Positions 29,909-40,620 are shown, counted from the first letter of the stretch. The stretch is DNA of 64,000 bases from an uncultured delta proteobacterium (GCA_963817385.1 CAWFOM010000010.1:352001-416000); one strand, 5' to 3'. Notes: generated by a model from the sequence alone, not told the origin. Numbers and translations are program-made.

Positions 29909-31486
29909 CTACAGATCGTTCCCTGAATAGGAAAGGTTGAAGCTTTTATTGATGAGGGGAAAATCGGGAACGACGTTTCCGACGGCCGCATAACCCAGGG
30001 CGGTCCAGTTCAGGAAGGAAGGATCGCGAACGGAAACGCGGCTGACATCTCCGTGAGCATCGGTCGCAATCAGGTATACGACGTCTCCGCGCCAGCCTTC
30101 CACGATACCGACGGCGTAGGCATTCTTTCTGAATTCATGGACGCACGGCACGTTGACGTCACCCCGTGGCGGCAGATTCCTGAGCGCCCTCCGAATCAGC
30201 CCGATCGAAGAATGGACCTCTTTGACGCGCACGGTGAACCGTGCGTAGACATCGCCGCCATGCTCCGTGGCAACGTCAAGGGGCAGCTTATCATACGCGG
30301 CGTAGGGGTAATCAACCCGCGCGTCGGCGGAAAAACCGACCGCTTTTCCGGCAACGCCGATGACCCCGTGATCACGGGCGGTGCGTGCCTCCAGAATTCC
30401 CGTATTTTTCAGGCGGTTCAGCAGGGAATTGCTATCCAGCGCTACTTCCATGACCTCGGAAAAATCCTTGCGCAATCCTTCCAGTTCCGCATCCAGGCGT
30501 GCGGCAATTTCCGGCGTGATTTCTTCGGATCTCACGCCGCCGATTGTGTTGACTCCCCGCAGAAAACGACTCCCGGTCAGGCGATCGTTCATCTGCATGA
30601 CGATCTCCCGCAAGCGCGCACCGTGAGCTCCGCCGAAGTTGAATCCCGTATCGGTCATGATGGCGCCGATATCCCCCAGGTGGTTGGCAAGTCTCTCAAG
30701 TTCGCAGAAAATGACCCTGAGCCAGCCTGCTTTCTCTCCCGCAGGCGTGTCGGATAATGACTCCAGCGCCAGACAGAAGGCCAGGGAGTGGCTGTACGAG
30801 CTGTCACCGGAAACCCGCTCCGCCAGTTTGATCTTTTCCTGAAGCGGCAGGATTTCGAACAGTTTCTCGATGCCCTTATGGGAATACCCGAGCCTCGGCT
30901 CAAGAAAGAGGATCTCCTCTCCGGCAACGCTGAACCGGAAATGGCCGGGTTCGATAATACCCGCGTGCACCGGCCCGACCGGTATTTCGTATATCCCCTC
31001 ACCGTCCATCTTCCGGAACGGAAATATGCCTGAAGCGAGGGGAGGCCTCGAATTCCAGGCAAAATCTTTCCGCAGGGGAAAGCTATTCTCCGGCCAGTTT
31101 TCATGGAGAATAATGGGTCTCGGATCCGGATGGCCCTGCGGAGTCAACCCGAAAAAGGACTTTATCTTCCTCTCATAGGTTGAGGCCTCATGGATCGAAG
31201 GGGTGAGCGACGGGAAATCCTCTTGTATCCGGATGAAGGGGGCCAGGAATATATTCTCTTTGGGGATGCCGAAGAGATACATGATCCGGAATGAACCGGT
31301 CGCTTCCCGTTCATCGAATGCGGTTATCGTCTTCAGAGGCAGACGATGGCGGCGATACAGCAGCTCACACGCCTGCACGATACCACCCGGCGGCAGCTCG
31401 TAGGCAAATAAATTGCCGTACTGCCGAACTGCCGTTTGCGGCGGGAGGTATTCTTCAATGCGGGTATTTCCAGTCATAGGGTTCAT
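29909..31486 (-). CDS. Ehr large subunit (HycE/NuoCD-like) without NiFe-binding motifs
   Basis: GPVHAGIIEPGHFRF; ERVSGD replaces RxCxxC; C-terminus DFPLINKSFNLSYSGNDL replaces DPCxxC. Confidence 0.9.
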   Translation of the reverse strand: MNPMTGNTRIEEYLPPQTAVRQYGNLFAYELPPGGIVQACELLYRRHRLPLKTITAFDEREATGSFRIMYLFGIPKENIFLAPFIRIQEDFPSLTPSIHEASTYERKIKSFFGLTPQGHPDPRPIILHENWPENSFPLRKDFAWNSRPPLASGIFPFRKMDGEGIYEIPVGPVHAGIIEPGHFRFSVAGEEILFLEPRLGYSHKGIEKLFEILPLQEKIKLAERVSGDSSYSHSLAFCLALESLSDTPAGEKAGWLRVIFCELERLANHLGDIGAIMTDTGFNFGGAHGARLREIVMQMNDRLTGSRFLRGVNTIGGVRSEEITPEIAARLDAELEGLRKDFSEVMEVALDSNSLLNRLKNTGILEARTARDHGVIGVAGKAVGFSADARVDYPYAAYDKLPLDVATEHGGDVYARFTVRVKEVHSSIGLIRRALRNLPPRGDVNVPCVHEFRKNAYAVGIVEGWRGDVVYLIATDAHGDVSRVSVRDPSFLNWTALGYAAVGNVVPDFPLINKSFNLSYSGNDL

Positions 31487-32934
31487 CAATGAATGAGCGC
31501 CACCGCCGCATTGATCCATGTTTTCAGCGGCTCCGGCAGGAAAATACTGAACGTTATCAAAAGCGCCAGCAGGACAACCGGCGGAACGATCGTCAGGGCG
31601 TTCGCCTCTCCCCGCTCCACGGGATCCGGGGGTTTGCCAAACACCATCGCCGCAATAAACCGCAAAAATCCCACAAAGATCAGCGCCAGCAGGAGAAGCG
31701 CGATGATGACGACCAGGGGATGCGAGGCGATGCCGGCGGTCAGGATATAGACCTCGGTCAGGAAAAGACCGAAAGGAGGCACGCCGGTGATCGCCAAAAA
31801 GGTCGAAAACAATACCGTTCCGGTTACCGGGAGCGCCGTCAGGACGCCTCTGACATTCGCGATCTTGGTAGAGCCGTATTTCAATAGGACATTACCCGCC
31901 GAAAAGAACAGGATGGATTTGGCCAGGGAATGGTAGATCATGTGCAAAAGCGCGGCGAATGAGCCCATGCCGCCGAAGCCGAAACCGAGTGTGATAATGC
32001 CCATATGTTCGATGCTCGAATAGGCAAAGAGCCGCTTGTAATTTTTCTGGACGATGATGATGAACGCGGGAATCGTGATGGAGATGATCCCGAAGAAGAT
32101 GAGCAGATTCTGCGGAAAAGCGGTACCCAGCGCGACATCGGTGATCATTTTGAATTTCAGTATGGCCAAGAGCGCACAATTCAGCAGCGCCCCCGACAAG
32201 AGCGCGCTGATCGGTGAAGGGGCCTTGCTGTGCGCGTCCGGCAGCCAGGTGTGCATCGGCGCCAAACCCGCTTTCGTGCCGTAGCCGATAAGGACGAATA
32301 TGAATGCTATCTTCACCAGGAGTGGATTCATACCGGCGGCATTGGCCTGCAACATCTCCCAGGTGACAAATGCGTCAGCGGCCGTATTCGAGACAGGCAC
32401 GAAGAACAGCAGGGTGCCGAAGAATCCGAGCAACAAGCCGATGGAATTGATGATCAGATATTTCCAGGCCGCCTCCATCGCCGTCGGCTTGTTGTAAAAA
32501 CTGATGAGGAAAGCGGTCGACAGGGTGGTGGCTTCGATGGCGATCCACATCAGGATCGGATTGACGGTGATGATCGCGTAAAACATGGCCATCAGAAACA
32601 GATGAAAAAGGACAAAATATTGTTTCACCCGCCGGAAACCGATGATCTCTTTTGCCACCTCCCGTCTGAGATAACCGATGGAATAGAAGGACGACGCAAA
32701 TCCGACCAGGGCTACCGTTGAAAGAACAACGATGCCAAGTGCATCTACGGACAGATACGAACCGTATTGATAGCGGCCGTCATAAAAGACGGAGATCGCC
32801 GCGATGACCACGGCAACAAATTCCCCAGGCGCCGCCAGGGCCGTGATCAGCTCCAGCGGCCGGACCACTCTCCTCACCGCCAAACAGGCGAGTGCGGCGA
32901 CAAGCGGAGTCAGGATCAATACGAGGAGGGCCAT
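31486..32934 (-). CDS. hyfF: HyfF-like antiporter-type membrane subunit
   Basis: WIAIEATTL, EAAWKY, GYGTKAGLAPMHTWLPDAHS.APSP, AYSSIEHMG. Confidence 0.88.
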   Translation of the reverse strand: MALLVLILTPLVAALACLAVRRVVRPLELITALAAPGEFVAVVIAAISVFYDGRYQYGSYLSVDALGIVVLSTVALVGFASSFYSIGYLRREVAKEIIGFRRVKQYFVLFHLFLMAMFYAIITVNPILMWIAIEATTLSTAFLISFYNKPTAMEAAWKYLIINSIGLLLGFFGTLLFFVPVSNTAADAFVTWEMLQANAAGMNPLLVKIAFIFVLIGYGTKAGLAPMHTWLPDAHSKAPSPISALLSGALLNCALLAILKFKMITDVALGTAFPQNLLIFFGIISITIPAFIIIVQKNYKRLFAYSSIEHMGIITLGFGFGGMGSFAALLHMIYHSLAKSILFFSAGNVLLKYGSTKIANVRGVLTALPVTGTVLFSTFLAITGVPPFGLFLTEVYILTAGIASHPLVVIIALLLLALIFVGFLRFIAAMVFGKPPDPVERGEANALTIVPPVVLLALLITFSIFLPEPLKTWINAAVALIH

Positions 32935-32938
32935 GGGT

Positions 32939-33595
32939 CTATTCCGTAAGCTTCTTCATCGTGGTGACATCAAGCGAGCCGAATTGCCGGTAGATCATGG
33001 AGATAAAAACGGTGGCAATGATGATCCAGATGAGGATGTTGAACGTGATACCCAGTTGCAGTCCCGGATTCTGCTCCAGCCCCGCAAAAACGCCAAAGGA
33101 GACGATGCCGTTTTCCAGGGAGAGGATGCCGAGCATCTGGGAGAGGGCGCCCTTCCGGTTGACGATCAAAAAGAGCGATATCATGATCGTCGCCACGGAA
33201 AGCAGCACCAGATGGTTGCCGTCGGCTGCAAGGTGCGCCAGCGGCCGGAAAACCTCCGTCCGGGTAAGGGCTACGAGCGCCGCGATTATCAGCAAGGTTA
33301 TCGGCGTGTTCAGGTAGGTGCTCACCGAAAATTTCAGCCCGTGCTTTCGGATCAGGCCGAAAAAGAAATAGGGGGCGATGAATATTTTGACCGCTATCGT
33401 CGAGACGATGGCAACTGCCAGGAGCCGTGAAGATTCTTCAAAGGCAGGAAGCAGGAGCAGCAGCGAGATCGCCGATGACTGCGCTATGTAGAGGCGCACG
33501 GCGGAAGAGTTCTTCTTCGTCAGGTGCAGGAAAACCGCCGCGGCAAAAATCACGGCTTGCATAACCAATTGTATTTGCGGCGCGATGGAAATCAT
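32939..33595 (-). CDS. hyfE: HyfE-like membrane subunit
   Basis: Hydrophobic; SQMLGILSLENG; position between hyfC and hyfF. Confidence 0.8.
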   Translation of the reverse strand: MISIAPQIQLVMQAVIFAAAVFLHLTKKNSSAVRLYIAQSSAISLLLLLPAFEESSRLLAVAIVSTIAVKIFIAPYFFFGLIRKHGLKFSVSTYLNTPITLLIIAALVALTRTEVFRPLAHLAADGNHLVLLSVATIMISLFLIVNRKGALSQMLGILSLENGIVSFGVFAGLEQNPGLQLGITFNILIWIIIATVFISMIYRQFGSLDVTTMKKLTE

Positions 33596-33598
33596 ATT

Positions 33599-34540
33599 CT
33601 ACACGATCAATCCTATGGCGATAATGCTGATGATAAAGGAGGTGAACAGTAAATCCGGCAACCGGAAAATTCTGAATTTCGCGATGGTCGATTCGATGAG
33701 CGCAATGGCCGCACAGAAGAGCAGACACTTCCCGATAAAGAGCGCCAGCGATCCGATCATCGCCGCAGCGGCCGGGGTATCGGCAATACCCCAGGGGAAA
33801 AACAGATTCGCCCCGAGGGCGATGAAGATCAGGTATTTATTCGCGGCCGCCCATTCGATGATGGCCAGTCTCTTCCCCGAATATTCCAGGATCATCGCTT
33901 CGTGTATCATGGTCAGTTCGAGGTGGGTGGCAGGATTGTCGAACGGATACCGGCCCGTTTCGGCCAGGAGGGCGATGAAAAACCCGACAAATGCAAGAAG
34001 AACGGGCGGCAGATCGTAAAATGAAAGAGATGCGACCGCTCGGGAAATGGCAAACAGGTTGGTCGTATGGCTTATCAGCGCCAGGGTCAGCAATGACAAG
34101 ATTAATCCGCCCTCGGTCAGAGCGGCAACCATCATTTCGCGGCTCGAACCGAATCCGCCGAATGCCCCTCCGGTATCCATGCCGGCAAGGGCGAGAAAGA
34201 AGGTGCCTAACGCAAGCAGATAAATCACCACGAGGAAATCCCCGGCAGAGGTATTCATGATCGTCATCGAAATCAGAGGGATGCACCCCCCGACCAGAAC
34301 GGTCAGGGAAAACACCAGGTAGGGTGTAAAGCGGAAGACCCAGGAAGCATCACGACTCATAACCTCGTCTTTCCGAAAAAGCTTCCTCATGTCCCGATAC
34401 GGCTGAAAGGGAGAAGCGCCCTGACGGTTCTGCAACTCGGCCTTCATCTTCCTCGTAACGCCGATAAAAAAGGGCGACAGGGCGGGTATCAGCACTAATT
34501 GAATGACCCAGGGCAATAGGGAAGTCGATGTCATCGTCAT
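33599..34540 (-). CDS. hyfC: HyfC/NuoH-like membrane subunit
   Basis: QNRQGASPFQPYRD, FGGFGSSRE, AETGRYPFDNP.THLELTMIHEAM.LEYSG. Confidence 0.9.
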   Translation of the reverse strand: MTMTSTSLLPWVIQLVLIPALSPFFIGVTRKMKAELQNRQGASPFQPYRDMRKLFRKDEVMSRDASWVFRFTPYLVFSLTVLVGGCIPLISMTIMNTSAGDFLVVIYLLALGTFFLALAGMDTGGAFGGFGSSREMMVAALTEGGLILSLLTLALISHTTNLFAISRAVASLSFYDLPPVLLAFVGFFIALLAETGRYPFDNPATHLELTMIHEAMILEYSGKRLAIIEWAAANKYLIFIALGANLFFPWGIADTPAAAAMIGSLALFIGKCLLFCAAIALIESTIAKFRIFRLPDLLFTSFIISIIAIGLIV

Positions 34541-36585
34541 AGTACCAGCATCAGCAATAAGCCGGTCAAGGTTAAGAGAATATACAGTATGTAGACATTG
34601 ATGTTGCCGATCTGGATCTTCTTGATCTGCTCGGCAACCCCCAGTGTAATTTTCTGCAGCGGTTGATAAAAATAGAACGCATAGACATCCTGAAATGCCA
34701 TCGTGACGATGCCTGTTTTAGGGAAATATCTCAGCTTGGCGTCATGATATTCTATTTCCGTTTGTCCCGTCGGTTTTAACACGCCCCGAAAAACGGTGAT
34801 GATCGACCGGGAAAAACCCGTTGCGGTGATCTCCATCCGCGAGGTGAGGTCAGCGCCGCAATCCCAGGTGTCTCCGATTCTTATCACCCGCTTCCGCGTG
34901 AGAATCACGAAAGCGGCGGCGATTGCGGCGGTCATAACCACGATACCCGTGAAAAGGACCGGCAGGGAAATCGAGGCGAACCCCGTCCGAACACTCATCA
35001 AATCGAATGACACGACGGACAGGTTCTCCATCTGCCGAAAAGCGGATAACGATGCCGCAAGATCGGCAAAGCCATTCGCAACCCAGCCGGAAACAAATCC
35101 GAGAATCAGGGTAAGCAGGGCCAGCGCCGCCATGCCGATCCTCAGCGGCAGTGCGGGCTCCTTTGCCTGCGCTCCCCCCTCGCTGCGCGGCCTGGCCAGA
35201 AAGGTTGCGCCGAATGCCTTTACGAAACACGCCGCCGCCAAACCGCCGGTGAAAGCAAGGGCGCCGATTGCTGCGACGAACAGCATTTTCGTCGCCAGGT
35301 CAAATGTATTCACCCCCTGGAACAGGGCCTGGAAGGTCATCCATTCGCTGAAAAACCCGTTGAACGGCGGCAGGGCGGAAATTGCCAGGGAACCGATGAG
35401 GAAGAAAAAGGCGGTCTGCGGCATAACCCTGATCAGCCCGCCGTATTCTTCGATGTTGCGGGTATGGGTTCCGGCAATAACCGCACCGGCGCCGAGGAAT
35501 AACAGAGCCTTGAACGTTGCGTGATTCATGGTGTGGTAAAGAGCAGCGATGAGGCCGAGCACCGCGAACGTCTTCATGCCGGCGGAAAGGAAGACGAGCG
35601 AGCTGCCCAGGCCCAGTAGGATAATGCCGATATTTTCAATGCTGTGATAGGCGAGCAGTTTCTTCAGGTCATGCTCGGAGAGGGCATACAGAACCCCGAG
35701 CAGCGAAGAGATCGAGCCGATGATCATAATCAGAAGCCCCCACCAGAGCGGCGGTTCGCCGGGCAACATATCCCAGCATATCCTGGCCAGCATATAGATG
35801 CCCGTTTTGATCATAACGCCCGACATCAGCGCCGAGACGTGCGAGGGCGCGGCCGGATGCGCGGCGGGAAGCCAGATATGGAACGGAATGATGCCGGCCT
35901 TCGCCCCAAAGCCGACAAGCGCAAAGACGAATATGGCATTTCGGATGGCGAGAGGCGCGGAGGCGATGCCCTCTCTGATGGCTGCGAAATCAAACGAGCC
36001 GCTCGCCTGATAGAGAAGCAGGAATGCCAACAGGATAAAAGCGGTCCCGACGTGCGTCATGATGAAATAAAGGGTGCCGGCCTTGATGTTTTTTTCTTCA
36101 TGGCGCTCATAAATTACCAGAAAATACGAGGTCAAGGACATGATTTCCCAGACGATGAGAAAATACAGGGCGTTGTGCGCGGTTACCACCAGGATCATGC
36201 TGGCAATGAAGGTATTGTAAAAGAAACCGAGGGCGCCGAGAGGGTATTTTTGAAAAAAATGGTTTGCGTAGCCCAAGGCATAGATTGAACAGAAAAAGGC
36301 GATGAGTGAGATAAGCAACATGAAAAAAGCCGCCATCATGTCAACACGGACAGACAGGGAGAGAAACGGAAATGAAGTCGGAACGGCAAAGGCCGGAACG
36401 ATCCCCGTGATCAACACCGTGCCGGAAAAAACAAGACCCAGAAGCGATCCGAGAATAGCGCAACCATTGCCCCACAGATTTGCACGGCGGTCGTTTGTGC
36501 CCGTGAGAACGGCGCCGATGGCGCCCGCGGCGAATGTCAAAATAACCAGGGAAAACCCGGCTGGTGATGGAATGAATGCAAGCAT
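34537..36585 (-). CDS. hyfB: HyfB-like antiporter-type membrane subunit
   Basis: WEIMSL, GFGAKAGIIPFHIWLPAAHPAAPS, LLAYHSIENIG, LPPFNGFFSEW, TWDCG. Confidence 0.9.
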   Translation of the reverse strand: MLAFIPSPAGFSLVILTFAAGAIGAVLTGTNDRRANLWGNGCAILGSLLGLVFSGTVLITGIVPAFAVPTSFPFLSLSVRVDMMAAFFMLLISLIAFFCSIYALGYANHFFQKYPLGALGFFYNTFIASMILVVTAHNALYFLIVWEIMSLTSYFLVIYERHEEKNIKAGTLYFIMTHVGTAFILLAFLLLYQASGSFDFAAIREGIASAPLAIRNAIFVFALVGFGAKAGIIPFHIWLPAAHPAAPSHVSALMSGVMIKTGIYMLARICWDMLPGEPPLWWGLLIMIIGSISSLLGVLYALSEHDLKKLLAYHSIENIGIILLGLGSSLVFLSAGMKTFAVLGLIAALYHTMNHATFKALLFLGAGAVIAGTHTRNIEEYGGLIRVMPQTAFFFLIGSLAISALPPFNGFFSEWMTFQALFQGVNTFDLATKMLFVAAIGALAFTGGLAAACFVKAFGATFLARPRSEGGAQAKEPALPLRIGMAALALLTLILGFVSGWVANGFADLAASLSAFRQMENLSVVSFDLMSVRTGFASISLPVLFTGIVVMTAAIAAAFVILTRKRVIRIGDTWDCGADLTSRMEITATGFSRSIITVFRGVLKPTGQTEIEYHDAKLRYFPKTGIVTMAFQDVYAFYFYQPLQKITLGVAEQIKKIQIGNINVYILYILLTLTGLLLMLVL

Positions 36586-36589
36586 GATG

Positions 36590-37111
36590 TTAAGGCCGGT
36601 TCCCATCCAGGTCATTGAGTATCTCTAACAGCGAACAGAGGATTGTATACGGCGATGGCGGATCGCCCGGAATCTGATAATGAACCGGCACAACCGTATG
36701 CGCGCCATCCAGGGTCGCGTAAGAACCCTTGAAGATCCCGCCGTCACTGGCATCATCGCCGACGGCTACGACGATTTTCGGCGTCGGGACCGCATCGTAC
36801 GTTCTCAGGAGGGCTTCACGCATATTGCGACTGACCGGGCCGGTAATCAGAAGCATATCGGCATGCCGGGGCGAAGCGACAAAATGGATGCCGAACCGCT
36901 CCACATCGTAAAACGGATTGCCTAGCGCCACCAACTCCTGTTCGCAGGCGTTGGTCGAACCGGCGGTAACCACCCTGATCGCGAGTGAGCCGTGAAACAG
37001 CTTTTTCACCTGCGCTTGTATGGCAAGGCCGGTGGCCAGCGCCGCGGCCCCGCCCACTGACGGACGCGGTTCGATCAAACGTTTTTTCGTAAAAAATATT
37101 TTATCATACAT
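36590..37111 (-). CDS. Ehr small subunit (HyfI/NuoB-like) with three of four Fe-S cysteines substituted
   Basis: YDVERFGIHFVASPRHAD.LL.TGPV; ligand positions read STNAC, GDDA, PGDPP. Confidence 0.88.
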   Translation of the reverse strand: MYDKIFFTKKRLIEPRPSVGGAAALATGLAIQAQVKKLFHGSLAIRVVTAGSTNACEQELVALGNPFYDVERFGIHFVASPRHADMLLITGPVSRNMREALLRTYDAVPTPKIVVAVGDDASDGGIFKGSYATLDGAHTVVPVHYQIPGDPPSPYTILCSLLEILNDLDGNRP

Positions 37112-37526
37112 GGCAAGGGGCGTCTTTCTACACCGAATCATGTCAATAATCAATTCTTTTTATTCACGCAAGCACCCCTGAGAACAATCATGCAAACAAT
37201 ACGTCAAACAATTTGCGCAAAGGTAACTATTCTAAGCAAATTTTCATGGATTGCCGATAAGAATTTTAAGCGTATTTAGGCGGTCGAAAGGCGCTGAGGG
37301 AGTTTCTTCAGGCGTGGCCACACAACGCCACAAGACAAAACACACAAAAAACGTCTCCAACTCTCGAGAAGAAGTGTTTCCGCCGGACAGGCGGGGAATG
37401 ATGGTCCTGCCATGCCTCGGCGGGTCCGCAGATGATCTCTTTGTTTGACATACGGAATCGTTTTCCCTATAATCGGGCAACCGGGGATTTCATGTTATTC
37501 TGATTATATTACCATAAGGGCGCTGA

Positions 37527-38954
37527 ATGGCAAAAATCCTGATCATCGATGACGATGTCGTGATGACGGAACTGCTCTCCCATGGAGTTAGGGAACGAGG
37601 GCATGATATTTTTTGCGCCCACACCATGCAAGCGGGGCTCAGTGCCGCACAGTCGGGAGATTTTTCCGTCGTCTTTCTCGACGTCCGCCTGCCGGATGGA
37701 AACGGCCTGGACGCCCTCCCCGAGATCCGGAAAGTCCGCTCCTCTCCCGAGGTGATCATCATGACCGGGGCCGGCGACCCCGACGGGGCAGAGCTCGCCA
37801 TTAAGAGCGGGGCGTGGGATTATCTCGAAAAACCTTCTTCCATCACCATGATGATCCTGCCTCTCGTGCGAGCCCTCCAGTACCGTGATATCCGGTTGGC
37901 ACAAAAACCACTGATTGCGCTGAAACGGCAGGGTATCGTGGGAAGCAGTCCACTTATCACGGCTTGCCTCGACAAGGTCGCCCATGCGGCCGGGTATGAC
38001 GCCAGCGTGCTTATCACCGGAGAGACGGGGACGGGCAAGGAGCTATTCGCCTGGGCGATCCACGAAAACAGCGCGCGGGCCGACAAGAATTTTGTCGTGG
38101 TCGACTGCGCAACCTTGTCGGACACCTTGGTGGAAAGCGTTCTCTTCGGTTACCGGAAGGGCGCCTTCACCGGGGCCGACCGCTCCCGGGATGGGCTGAT
38201 CAAGCAAGCAGACGGGGGCACCCTCTTCCTCGATGAGATCGGGGAACTCCCCCTTGCCGTGCAGAAGGCATTTCTCCGTGTCCTGCAGGAACGGCGCTTC
38301 CGCCCCCTGGGAGGCAAGGAAGAGCTGAGCAGCGATTTTAGGCTCGTGGCCGCGACAAACCGTGATCTCGACAAGATGGTCCGGGAAGGTCAATTCCGGA
38401 GCGATCTGCTCTACCGCATCCGCTCGTTTACGATCGAGCTGCCTCCGCTCAGGGAATACCCGGAAGACATCCCGGCACTCGTGACCTACCACGTCGGCCG
38501 CCTGGCGGAACGTCATGGCGAGAACATACGAGGGTTGTCACCTGACTTTCTGGAAGCGCTGAAGGCATACGACTGGCCCGGCAACGTCCGTGAACTGGTC
38601 AATGCGCTGGAGCGGGTCCTGGCCGCAGCGGGCAATGGCGCTACCCTCTTTCCCAAGGACCTCCCCTCCCATATCCGGGTGAAGATGGCCCGCTCCGCCA
38701 TCGTCAACAAATCAACCGCGGAAAAGGGAGACCCGTCGCCGGCGGGCATCAAGGAGCTCCCGAGACTGCAGGATCTGCGGGACGACGCGATCGCCCAGGT
38801 GGAACAGCAATACCTCCGGGATCTGATGGCCATTTCCGGGGATAATATGAAAAAGGCCTGCACCATCTCCGGTCTTTCCCGGTCACGCCTCTACGAACTG
38901 ATGAAAAAGTACCAAGACCCCTCTTTGCAAGAGCGCCACTTCAATCCGGAATAA
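37527..38954 (+). CDS. Sigma54-dependent NtrC-family response regulator (REC-AAA+-HTH)
   Basis: REC (IIDDD, LDVRLPD); GETGTGKE; GAFTGA; LFLDEIGEL; WPGNVREL; C-terminal HTH. Confidence 0.95.
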   Translation: MAKILIIDDDVVMTELLSHGVRERGHDIFCAHTMQAGLSAAQSGDFSVVFLDVRLPDGNGLDALPEIRKVRSSPEVIIMTGAGDPDGAELAIKSGAWDYLEKPSSITMMILPLVRALQYRDIRLAQKPLIALKRQGIVGSSPLITACLDKVAHAAGYDASVLITGETGTGKELFAWAIHENSARADKNFVVVDCATLSDTLVESVLFGYRKGAFTGADRSRDGLIKQADGGTLFLDEIGELPLAVQKAFLRVLQERRFRPLGGKEELSSDFRLVAATNRDLDKMVREGQFRSDLLYRIRSFTIELPPLREYPEDIPALVTYHVGRLAERHGENIRGLSPDFLEALKAYDWPGNVRELVNALERVLAAAGNGATLFPKDLPSHIRVKMARSAIVNKSTAEKGDPSPAGIKELPRLQDLRDDAIAQVEQQYLRDLMAISGDNMKKACTISGLSRSRLYELMKKYQDPSLQERHFNPE

Positions 38955-38986
38955 GTGGAAGAGATAGACGTTCAGACGGGTGTTTT

Positions 38987-39913
38987 TTATTCATTCTCCG
39001 GTCTGGGCAACAGGCCGGCCGCTTTGACGATTTCCGCAACCTTTGACTCCCATTCTATCGCCATGATATGGATGCCCCGCACACCGGGAATCTCCCTGAG
39101 TTGCTGAATTTGCTCCACACAGATCTTTATCCCCTCCTCCGCCTGCTTCTCCTTCGGTACCCCCTTCATCCGCTCGATCATATCATCGGGGACGTCCATC
39201 CCCGGGACATTCTTCTTCATGTAATTGGCCATGCCCGCGGTCTTGAAGGGAGTCACTCCCGCCAGAACGGCGCATTTTTCATGAAGCCCCCGGTCACACA
39301 CCATCGCCATCCAACGTCTGAACCGCTCCATGTTGTAGATGCACTGCGTCTGGATAAACTCGCATCCGGCCTTTACCTTTTTCCCCAGCCTCGCCGCCCG
39401 GATCTCAAACGGATCGGCAAAGGGATTTTCCGCCGCCCCCACAAACAGCATCGGCTTCCCCTTTACCTCCTCGCCTCCCAGGAATTTCCCTTCGTCGCGC
39501 AGACGGCAGACTGTCCCGATCAACTGGATCGAATCGATGTCATATACGTTCTTCGCCTGCGCATGATCGCCGAACTTCTGATGATCGCCGGACAAACAGA
39601 GGACATTGTTTATCCCTAACGCCGCCGCCCCCAAGAGATCGCTTTGGAGCGCGATCCGGTTCCTGTCCCGGCAGACCATCTGGAGGACGGGCTCCAGTCC
39701 CATGCCCTTCAATATCACACTGGCGGACACCGAGGACATCCTCACCACCGCGGTCTGATTGTCCGTTACGTTCACCCCGTCGACAACACCCTTGAGCAAC
39801 TCCCCTTTCTTACGGACAGCCTCGGGATCGGACCCGCGCGGAGGACCGCACTCCGAGGTAACGACAAATCCCCCGTTCGCCAATATCTTCTCGATCTTCG
39901 AATTTGTCTTCAC
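38987..39913 (-). CDS. metF: Methylenetetrahydrofolate reductase MetF, copy 1
   Basis: NVTDNQTAVVRMSS, CRDRNRIALQSD, LSGDH, FIQTQ, IHIMAIEWE. Confidence 0.92.
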   Translation of the reverse strand: MKTNSKIEKILANGGFVVTSECGPPRGSDPEAVRKKGELLKGVVDGVNVTDNQTAVVRMSSVSASVILKGMGLEPVLQMVCRDRNRIALQSDLLGAAALGINNVLCLSGDHQKFGDHAQAKNVYDIDSIQLIGTVCRLRDEGKFLGGEEVKGKPMLFVGAAENPFADPFEIRAARLGKKVKAGCEFIQTQCIYNMERFRRWMAMVCDRGLHEKCAVLAGVTPFKTAGMANYMKKNVPGMDVPDDMIERMKGVPKEKQAEEGIKICVEQIQQLREIPGVRGIHIMAIEWESKVAEIVKAAGLLPRPENE

Positions 39914-40578
39914 AGTTTCAAGTCCTCCCTTATCCTTTTGCGCGGCCCGCCGTCACGACCGGTTCGCCAATCCCGTATCGGCAATATCTCATCGTATTGG
40001 TCCATCTGACCTGATTCCTTGAGCCGATCGACGATCAATTGCCAGGCGCAATCCGTTTCCTTATCGATCTCGCACTTGCCTTCCGACGAACCGCCGCACG
40101 GACCGTTGAGCAGGCTCTTTGCGCAGCGGGCAATCGGGCAGACCCCGGCCGTCATGTCCAGGATGCAGGTGCCGCAACCCTGACATCGCTCGCTCCATAC
40201 TCCCTGTTCGAGCGTCACCCCCAGAAAGGTCGTGTTGACGGCAGGAATGACCCGTTTTGTCTTATACGCTTCGGCCACATACTGAACGCCCGCACCGCAG
40301 GCCATCGATAAGATCACGTCGTAATTATCGGCAAAACTCCGTATCTGATCTATATATTCAAAGTCGCACTGGCGCTCCAAGGTGTGCTCCTTGATGTCGA
40401 AGGTCTCCCCTTCCTTTTGCCAGTAAAGACGGAGCTCCGAGGCCAGAACGCCCACTTCGCGCTCACCCCCGACGCCGCACACGGTCACGCACTCGTTACA
40501 CCCTACGATCAAGACCCGCCGACGGGCGCCCAGCTTCGCCACGATCTCCTGAAAGTCCTTGCGATTGCCGACTATCAT
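39910..40578 (-). CDS. metV: MetV (MTHFR Fe-S/Zn partner subunit), copy 1
   Basis: GCNECVTVC, RQC, CGAGVQ, CQGCGTC...CPIARCAKSLLNGPCGG...CAW; overlaps the metF start. Confidence 0.9.
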   Translation of the reverse strand: MIVGNRKDFQEIVAKLGARRRVLIVGCNECVTVCGVGGEREVGVLASELRLYWQKEGETFDIKEHTLERQCDFEYIDQIRSFADNYDVILSMACGAGVQYVAEAYKTKRVIPAVNTTFLGVTLEQGVWSERCQGCGTCILDMTAGVCPIARCAKSLLNGPCGGSSEGKCEIDKETDCAWQLIVDRLKESGQMDQYDEILPIRDWRTGRDGGPRKRIREDLKL

Positions 40579-40620
40579 GACTAAACCCCCACGAATGCAG
40601 CCACGGGTGACTGCCCTTTA

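Noticed and set aside
29909..37111. Calling the cluster a true hydrogenase-4 or formate hydrogenlyase
   Set aside because: No NiFe-binding CxxC motifs and no maturation or formate dehydrogenase genes in the cluster
37190..37208. Minus-strand TTGACGTATTGTTTGCA as a sigma54 promoter for the Ehr operon
   Set aside because: Spacing fits, but the invariant -24 GG reads GA
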